A stretch of 64,000 nucleotides of DNA, from positions 32,600 to 96,599 of the IMG/VR virus record IMGVR_UViG_3300047483_000537, one strand, 5' to 3'. The stretch comes from a virus. The notes under the pieces were generated by a model. That model worked only from the letters and a program-made list of their open reading frames with translations, ran no database searches and was not told where the DNA came from. Made by a program: the position numbers and the translations under genes. Below, one piece after another: positions 58,551-64,000 of the stretch (position 1 is the first letter of the stretch; the number at the start of each line of letters is the position of its first letter).

Positions 58551-59015
58551 ATGCCTAAAACAGAAGACTTCACAGCAACTCAAGAACATCAAACAGTATT
58601 TGGGGAATTTCCAACTCAAGCAGACCGGGACTGTATTGTAGATACAGCTACAATACCTACAGAAACCCTTGCTGCAATCCAAAAACAGTTTGGCACAGCA
58701 CTAAAGTTTGATGGCGACAAACTGCCACTACACTTGCTGAGCACAGAAGCCATGAACCAAACAGCAGCTGTGCTGAAGTTTGGTGCACAAAAATACGCAG
58801 AACACAACTGGCGCAAGGGCTTTGCCTGGAGCCGACCCTTAAGCGCAGCAATGCGTCATATTACAGCATTTAATGATGGTGAAGATCGTGACCCTGAATC
58901 AGGCCTATCACACTTGGCTCACGCAGCCTGCTGTATTATGTTCCTTTTAGAATTTGAGAAAACCCACCCCAACCTAGATGACCGATATAAACAACCTGTA
59001 CAAACGCCTAACTAA
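58551..59015 (+). CDS. dATP/dGTP diphosphohydrolase-domain protein (DUF5664-like)
   Basis: KFDGDK, GAQKYAEHNWRKG, AMRHI, DPESGLSHLAHAACC. Confidence 0.85.
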   Translation: MPKTEDFTATQEHQTVFGEFPTQADRDCIVDTATIPTETLAAIQKQFGTALKFDGDKLPLHLLSTEAMNQTAAVLKFGAQKYAEHNWRKGFAWSRPLSAAMRHITAFNDGEDRDPESGLSHLAHAACCIMFLLEFEKTHPNLDDRYKQPVQTPN

Positions 59016-59211
59016 AAGGCTGACCGGAACCCGTAAAACCCTCACAGAAGCTTGCCAAGATGCAGGTATTGATATTGAAGACATTGATGACTACTTGCTA
59101 GAAGAATATTGTAAAGAGTGCTCACACTGTGGTATTTGGGGCAGTGACCATAAAACTGATCGGGATTACTTTCCGGTATGCCGAATATGCTTTGGCTTAG
59201 TAGGCCGATAA
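58978..59211 (+). CDS. small zinc-binding protein
   Basis: CSHCGIW...CRIC. Confidence 0.6.
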   Translation: MTDINNLYKRLTKRLTGTRKTLTEACQDAGIDIEDIDDYLLEEYCKECSHCGIWGSDHKTDRDYFPVCRICFGLVGR

Positions 59212-59255
59212 ATTTATATTTGATCGTGTGAGTTAGTTTTGTTATAATTGTGGCT

Positions 59256-60293
59256 ATGACATATTTTAATCAAAACATTCAGCGCATTGGCTTTGCTTGT
59301 AAAATTCAAACAGAGCATGACAAAGCACATCCCGACTTGAATACCAAGTCCACAACCATCAGCTATCTTGCTCGTCAGACCGAAGATAATGTGCGTGCTA
59401 AGCTGTGGGATTTGCTTAACCACAATTTAAGCACCTTTTATCGTCAGCTCAAGTATGTAGCTAATCTGCCAGCACATCAGCGTATGTTTCGCATTACTTC
59501 GGACTTACTGCCAGCATATACTCATGAAGATTATATGCCGTTTTACTTTCAAAGCGACGTAGTTGCCAAGATTGAATACTACCTATCAATGTGCGGCGAG
59601 TTTGCACGTGCCAACGATATTCGTCTTAGCTTCCACCCAGGCCAATTTTGCGTGCTTGCGTCAGAGAATCCTGGTGTTGTAGAGAATTCGATCACAGAGT
59701 TCGAGTATCACTGCGATCTTATTCGTTATATGGGTTACGGCAAGCAGTTTCAAGACTTCAAGTGCAATGTGCACGTTGGCGGCAAACTAGGTCCCGCAGG
59801 TATCAAAGCTGCTATGCGTCGTTTGTCTCCCGAAGCACGCAACTGTTTAACAATCGAAAATGCCGAGTTTACTTGGGGTCTTGATGCTAGCCTTGAGCTG
59901 GTCGACACCTGTGCACTTGTCTTAGACATTCACCACCACTGGATTAACTCAGGAGAATACATTGAACCTACTGATGAACGTTTTAAGCGTGTTTGCGACA
60001 GCTGGCGCGGTGTGCGTCCTGTTATACATTATAGCGTCAGCCGTGAAGACTGCTTGGTTGAACACGACCCAACTACTAGACCAGATCTCAAGCAACTAAA
60101 GTCCATGGGTTTTACCAGTGCTAAGCTTCGTGCTCACAGCGACTACTACTGGAATCAAGCAGTAAATAACTGGGCCTTGACATTTAGTCCCGTTGCCGAT
60201 ATAATGTGTGAATCAAAACAAAAAAACTTGGCAAGCACACCACTTGCAAAGCAATGCCTTATTCAAACAGTTACCTTAATTCAAACAAAATGA
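59256..60293 (+). CDS. uvsE: UV-damage endonuclease
   Basis: IGFAC, FRITSDLLP, RLSFHPGQF, NVHVG, IENAE, LDIHHH, AHSD, DIMCESK. Confidence 0.92.
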   Translation: MTYFNQNIQRIGFACKIQTEHDKAHPDLNTKSTTISYLARQTEDNVRAKLWDLLNHNLSTFYRQLKYVANLPAHQRMFRITSDLLPAYTHEDYMPFYFQSDVVAKIEYYLSMCGEFARANDIRLSFHPGQFCVLASENPGVVENSITEFEYHCDLIRYMGYGKQFQDFKCNVHVGGKLGPAGIKAAMRRLSPEARNCLTIENAEFTWGLDASLELVDTCALVLDIHHHWINSGEYIEPTDERFKRVCDSWRGVRPVIHYSVSREDCLVEHDPTTRPDLKQLKSMGFTSAKLRAHSDYYWNQAVNNWALTFSPVADIMCESKQKNLASTPLAKQCLIQTVTLIQTK

Positions 60294-60736
60294 CTACACA
60301 ACAACCATTTGCCGCAGGTACAAAAAATGACTCTATCTTTAAAACCAATGCTCCGTATGCCAACCAGTATCAAGGTAGCGGTCCTCGCTGGCTTTTTGTG
60401 TGCAGTGCTGGCCTCTTGCGAAGCCCAACCGGTGCCGCTCTTGCTATCCAACGCGGTATCAACGCTCGCAGTTGTGGCTCAAACTTTAACTATGCGTTGA
60501 TTCCTTGTAGTGCCAACTTGATTAACTGGGCACAAAAAATTGTGTTTGTTAATCGTGAAAACTTGTGGCAATTGGAAGATAACTTTTTAGGTCACAAAGA
60601 TTTGTTGGAACAAATTGAACAAAAGCAAATCGTCCTAGACATTCCCGACAATTACGAGTACATGGAACGTGGTTTGGTACTTCACTTTGAAACCGAACTG
60701 TTTGACGTATACAGCCCAGTAACCAAAACAATGTAA
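60290..60736 (+). CDS. low-molecular-weight protein-tyrosine-phosphatase-like protein
   Basis: LFVCSAGLLRSPT (CX5R), LDIPDNYEYM. Confidence 0.8.
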   Translation: MTTQQPFAAGTKNDSIFKTNAPYANQYQGSGPRWLFVCSAGLLRSPTGAALAIQRGINARSCGSNFNYALIPCSANLINWAQKIVFVNRENLWQLEDNFLGHKDLLEQIEQKQIVLDIPDNYEYMERGLVLHFETELFDVYSPVTKTM

Positions 60737-60742
60737 CAATAA

Positions 60743-60818
60743 CCGTCTGTGGTCTAACGGATAAGACAAGGGTCTTCTACACCCTGAGATGTGGGTTCGA
60801 TTCCTGCCAGACGGGCCA
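60743..60818 (+). tRNA. tRNA-Arg(TCT)
   Basis: Acceptor CCGTCTG/CAGACGG, anticodon arm AGGGT-CTTCTAC-ACCCT, TTCGA T-loop, encoded CCA. Confidence 0.92.
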
Positions 60819-60878
60819 AATTTCAAACTTGAACATTTGTTTAAATCAGCTTATAATATAGGCTGATTTGGAGAAATT

Positions 60879-61091
60879 ATGAATAAAGTTCTTTTAGACC
60901 TGCTTAAACAATCAACTGTGACCAAGTATCGTGGCATGGGTGAGATTGATGAACTTGACCAAAAGAAGTTCGCTGAACTAATCGTTCGCGAAGCTGCCAG
61001 TCTAGTTGCTAGTGCACAGATTACAAAAGACGGACATACTTGGCGATCCGCTGACTATGTTGTCCTAGAGCATTTTGGAGTTGACAAATGA
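60879..61091 (+). CDS. hypothetical protein
   Basis: Promoter and GGAG SD; KFAELIVRE...HFGV. Confidence 0.7.
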   Translation: MNKVLLDLLKQSTVTKYRGMGEIDELDQKKFAELIVREAASLVASAQITKDGHTWRSADYVVLEHFGVDK

Positions 61092-61420
61092 GTAGTTACA
61101 CACCAGACGTTTGGGTCGTCTTAGAATTTGACGCACCGCAACTTGAAAAACCAATGCGTAAAGTCTTTGCGGGCTGGTACGGTGGTTACACCGGAAGCAA
61201 TAGTTGGAAACTTAATTCGGGCATTACTGAAGTACGCATTGACGACCAAGGCCACTATGAGTTTGATGGCTATAGTGGTAGTACTTACTACTGCCACTTC
61301 AATAACTACCATATGAGCAGCTTAATGCAAGGAGTTCTAGCCAATTGGTTAAAAGAAGCCGATCTGCGCGGCGATACAACAATCAGAATTTTGAGTATTG
61401 ACGAGATTGTTAAAACTTGA
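61088..61420 (+). CDS. phage hypothetical protein
   Basis: YTPD.WVV...KVFAGWYGGY.GS.SWKLNSGI...GYSGSTY.C. Confidence 0.75.
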   Translation: MSSYTPDVWVVLEFDAPQLEKPMRKVFAGWYGGYTGSNSWKLNSGITEVRIDDQGHYEFDGYSGSTYYCHFNNYHMSSLMQGVLANWLKEADLRGDTTIRILSIDEIVKT

Positions 61421-61447
61421 TATAATATAGGCTGATTTGGAGATATT

Positions 61448-61648
61448 ATGGCAGGCTATTCACGCGACTTTTTAATTGACGCTTTTATGTCACGATACAT
61501 TTGTTGCACTCTTATTACTATAGAGCAACTTGTAAATCTTGAGCAAATGGCAAACGATCTTTATGATCGAGTTGGTCGCGATAGTTTCCGTACATATGCC
61601 AGCTTAGATGCTGAAGCACTCAGAGTCTATAAAAATAGTGTTGACTGA
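61448..61648 (+). CDS. hypothetical protein
   Basis: Same leader sequence as the 60879 gene. Confidence 0.65.
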   Translation: MAGYSRDFLIDAFMSRYICCTLITIEQLVNLEQMANDLYDRVGRDSFRTYASLDAEALRVYKNSVD

Positions 61649-61669
61649 TTGTGGTCTTTGTTGTATAAT
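61641..61669 (+). promoter_or_regulatory. promoter of the tRNA/ncRNA cluster
   Basis: TTGACT-N17-TATAAT. Confidence 0.8.
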
Positions 61670-61923
61670 TAGTTCTTTAAATAATATAATTGCCCGTTTG
61701 CATCACTGACTTGCTCCCTAATGAGTTATATGCTTCGTAAAATGCGATTACCAAGGTAGTTGGTGGTAGTTGTGGTTATCAAACTTGAGGACTGTCGTCC
61801 AATAGTAGCAAGACTATATGAGCCACTTAGGGGTGGCACTCATATAAAAGCACATACTGTTCCGCCCTCTAGTTGGGGAGATAGCGACTAGCGTTGATGG
61901 ACTGTTTAAGTGTGCTTTTATAT

Positions 61924-62091
61924 GGGTCGGTAGCTTAACTTGGTTAAAGCGCAAATCCGGACTACAAACCCTTCACCTAGTAGCCTCTCCTCTGCCGCAA
62001 GCACGAAGGTAACGGTGGGCTGAATTCGAATATACGCTTATGGGATTGTAGAATTTTAGAGAAGCAGGTTCAAGCCCTGCCTGACCCACCA
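61924..62091 (+). ncRNA. 168-nt tRNA-like RNA with a large insertion in place of the anticodon arm
   Basis: Acceptor GGGTCGG/CTGACCC-A-CCA, D arm GCTT/AAGC, T arm GCAGG-TTCAAGC-CCTGC; about 110 nt between D and T arms including stem CTACAAACCC/GGGATTGTAG. Confidence 0.75.
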
Positions 62092-62353
62092 TATTTTAGT
62101 GCTTTCCAGCGGAATACTAGAGAAAGTTTTGTCGCCACTGTGCTTTGGCGCGACAATCGTATCGTCTAGTCTATGCGTGGACATGAGCTTGCGGAATCCA
62201 CAGATAACCGCAAACTGAAAGTACTAAAATATGGCTTGAAAAATTCTTACTTGTTTTTGTATTGCAAAACAGGTATAATAGTTATTCTGATCTTGCTTCC
62301 ACCGACAGATCACTATATCGGGGAGATTTCGCACTATTCTAAAAAGTGTAGTT

Positions 62354-62427
62354 CTCGGTGTAGTGAAATGGCATCACCCGACGTTTGGGGCGTTGAAGCG
62401 CAAGTTCGATTCTTGCCACCGAGACCA
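62354..62427 (+). tRNA. tRNA-Pro(TGG)
   Basis: CTCGGTG/CACCGAG, CGACG-TTTGGGG-CGTTG, CCA. Confidence 0.9.
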
Positions 62428-62608
62428 TATTGTTGTGGCCTTTGCTAGATTCCGGTTCAGTCGCGGAGCTTTACAAGAAGAATTGGCCTTGCTTTCTAGA
62501 TAAGCATTGCCTATACCTTGAGCTTAGTAAATAGCAAGAAGTAATTGATCTATGTAAAACTAAGCCGATGCCTTAGCGGGTGTGGTAGTAAACAAAGGTT
62601 ACAACAAT

Positions 62609-62782
62609 ATGGAAATTAAAAGCGTATCTAAAACACTTGGCTTATATTATGGCCGTGTAAAAGAAACAGTCTATACTACAAAAATTGACGAAAACAACAA
62701 AGAGTTTGTTCAACAAGTAGTATATTTACGATCAGGCAAGCTAGAACCACTAAAAGGTTCTAGTGTAGATACAAAAGTATAA
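62609..62782 (+). CDS. hypothetical protein
   Basis: MEIKSVSK...KGSSVDTKV, 57 aa, between RNA modules. Confidence 0.5.
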   Translation: MEIKSVSKTLGLYYGRVKETVYTTKIDENNKEFVQQVVYLRSGKLEPLKGSSVDTKV

Positions 62783-62783
62783 C

Positions 62784-62867
62784 GCGCAAGTGGTGGAATG
62801 GTATACACGCTGGTCTTAGAAGCCAGTGCCGAAAGGATTGAGAGTTCGAGTCTCTCTTTGCGCACCA
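62784..62867 (+). tRNA. tRNA-Leu(TAG)
   Basis: GCGCAAG/TTTGCGC, CTGGT-CTTAGAA-GCCAG, long variable arm, CCA. Confidence 0.93.
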
Positions 62868-62873
62868 CATTTT

Positions 62874-62949
62874 GGGGTCTTAGCTCAGCTGGGAGAGCGG
62901 CTGCTTTGCAAGCAGTAGGTCAACGGTTCGAACCCGTTATTCTCCACCA
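62874..62949 (+). tRNA. tRNA-Ala(TGC)
   Basis: G3:U70 pair, GCTGC-TTTGCAA-GCAGT, CCA; acceptor pairs 5 and 6 are mismatched. Confidence 0.85.
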
Positions 62950-62964
62950 ATTTTAAATATTATT

Positions 62965-63087
62965 ATGAAAACACGAAAACCCAGGAACCACGTCCAACTA
63001 GCGCTGATGAAGCGTGGCGGCAGTGGTTCACATCAAAAAAGCCACAAGCAGCTTCGTGGCCAATGGAAGCGCAACCTGGACGTATAA
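62965..63087 (+). CDS. 40-aa basic peptide, possibly ArfA-like (not in the ORF track)
   Basis: MKTRKPRNHVQLALMKRGGSGSHQKSHKQLRGQWKRNLDV*; stop codon lies inside tRNA-Lys. Confidence 0.55.
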   Translation: MKTRKPRNHVQLALMKRGGSGSHQKSHKQLRGQWKRNLDV

Positions 63088-63152
63088 CTTAACGGCTAAA
63101 GTAGTGGGCTTTTAACCTACAAATCAGAGTTCGATTCTCTGTGCGTCTACCA
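63078..63152 (+). tRNA. tRNA-Lys(TTT)
   Basis: GGACGTA/TGCGTCT, GTGGG-CTTTTAA-CCTAC, CAGAG-TTCGATT-CTCTG, CCA. Confidence 0.88.
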
Positions 63153-63407
63153 TATTTGAACACATTGGCAAGTTGGCGTTCAACCACTTGAAATCATTAC
63201 CTGCGCAGGCAACACGTTTAGGCAACGAGGTACACGTTGCAAAAGTGGAAGCTAGTGTGTTCAAATATGGTATTATATACAAATACTCTGTGTAGCTACA
63301 GTGGAACCCCGATAGCTTGCTAAAGTCGACTAAGCAAGAACCGGCCATGAAGAGTGAGGGCTACTACAGATTCAAGCACTGAACAGAGTATTTCTATATG
63401 TTATTAC

Positions 63408-63499
63408 GGCCCTATAGTTTAATGGTAAAACGGCGGATTTATATCCCGTAAGCAACAGATAATTGGTTCATCTGGGTTCGAATCCCGGTGGGGCTACCA
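63408..63499 (+). tRNA. tRNA-Ile(TAT) with long variable arm
   Basis: GGCCCTA/TGGGGCT, loop TTTATAT (anticodon TAT), 22-nt variable region, CTGGG-TTCGAAT-CCCGG, CCA. Confidence 0.75.
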
Positions 63500-63504
63500 A
63501 AAAT

Positions 63505-63876
63505 ATGAATACAAAACAAAAAGGCAACGCTGGTATAGGTGCCGCAATAGCATATTTTACTAGACAAGGTCACAATGTGCTAATACCTTTGACAGATAGT
63601 CAAGAGTATGACTTAGTGGTAGATATTGACGGCTTTTTAAATAAAGTACAGGTAAAATATACTGCACAAAAAGCACCTTCTGGTAGCTATCTAATAGCTT
63701 TAAGAAGTATTAGTGGTAGCAGTAGGCAAGAGTACAAAACGGTACAAAATACTGATATAGACTATCTTTTCTGCCTAACTGAGTTAGGTGATACATATCT
63801 AGTACCTATATTGGAACTAAATCATGCTTCAACAATGACAATTAATACTGCTTTTAAAGATAAGTATAAAGTATAA
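63505..63876 (+). CDS. free-standing PD-(D/E)XK homing-type endonuclease
   Basis: TKQKG..G...GHNVLIP...YDLVVD...KVQVK...IDY; resembles group I intron-associated PD-(D/E)XK nucleases; sits between tRNA genes. Confidence 0.75.
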   Translation: MNTKQKGNAGIGAAIAYFTRQGHNVLIPLTDSQEYDLVVDIDGFLNKVQVKYTAQKAPSGSYLIALRSISGSSRQEYKTVQNTDIDYLFCLTELGDTYLVPILELNHASTMTINTAFKDKYKV

Positions 63877-63885
63877 AGTATAACT

Positions 63886-63975
63886 GGAACAATCCCATAA
63901 TGGTATTGGAGCTGATTGCTAATCAGTCGCTCGGCGTAATCCGGGTTCGGGGTTCAAGTCCCCGTTGTTCCGCCA
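63886..63975 (+). tRNA. tRNA-Ser(GCT)
   Basis: GGAACAA/TTGTTCC-G-CCA, GCTGA-TTGCTAA-TCAGT, long variable arm. Confidence 0.92.
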
Positions 63976-64000
63976 AATTATGCAGCAGGTAGTGTAATGG

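Noticed and set aside
58551-59015. 2-aminoadenine (Z) genome pathway
   Set aside because: Only the diphosphohydrolase domain is present; no purZ in the window
61690-61840. Additional tRNA
   Set aside because: A D-arm-like GTC..GAC and a hairpin are present but no T arm or acceptor stem; possibly structured RNA, not supportable as a call
61924-62091. tmRNA or group I intron-containing tRNA
   Set aside because: No G3:U70 pair, a D stem is present, no tag ORF, and the insert is too short for a group I core
63982-64000. Start of another tRNA
   Set aside because: TAGTGTAATGG resembles a D arm but the window edge cuts it off, so it cannot be confirmed

Overview
This window is part of a lytic tailed-phage genome with T5-like (Demerecviridae-like) organisation; no host chromosome sequence is evident. 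From left to right it holds: the end of a + strand nucleotide-metabolism block (dUTPase, class II ribonucleotide reductase); a long - strand late operon (terminases, nicking HNH endonuclease, portal, protease-capsid fusion, tail with a -1 frameshifted chaperone pair, tape measure, tail fibres, desaturase and cupin genes, spanins, GH19 endolysin, an exported-protein cluster with fimbrial-like features, PhoH); a + strand pre-early-like region with A2-like paralogues and a repeated antisense promoter element; about 1 kb of structured non-coding sequence containing a hammerhead ribozyme; a - strand early block (ThyX, phosphatases, SleB-like hydrolase); and a + strand block with UvsE and a tRNA cluster. 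Best candidates for undescribed biology: (1) a ~600-nt structured RNA downstream of the hammerhead; (2) five stem-closed RNA modules and a 168-nt tRNA-like RNA in the tRNA cluster; (3) an ArfA-like peptide whose stop codon lies inside a tRNA; (4) an usher-less pilin/chaperone-like exported module beside the lysis genes; (5) six TTGACA-N18-TATAAT antisense elements. All protein calls come from motif recognition by eye and all RNA folds were paired by hand; no database search or folding program was run.
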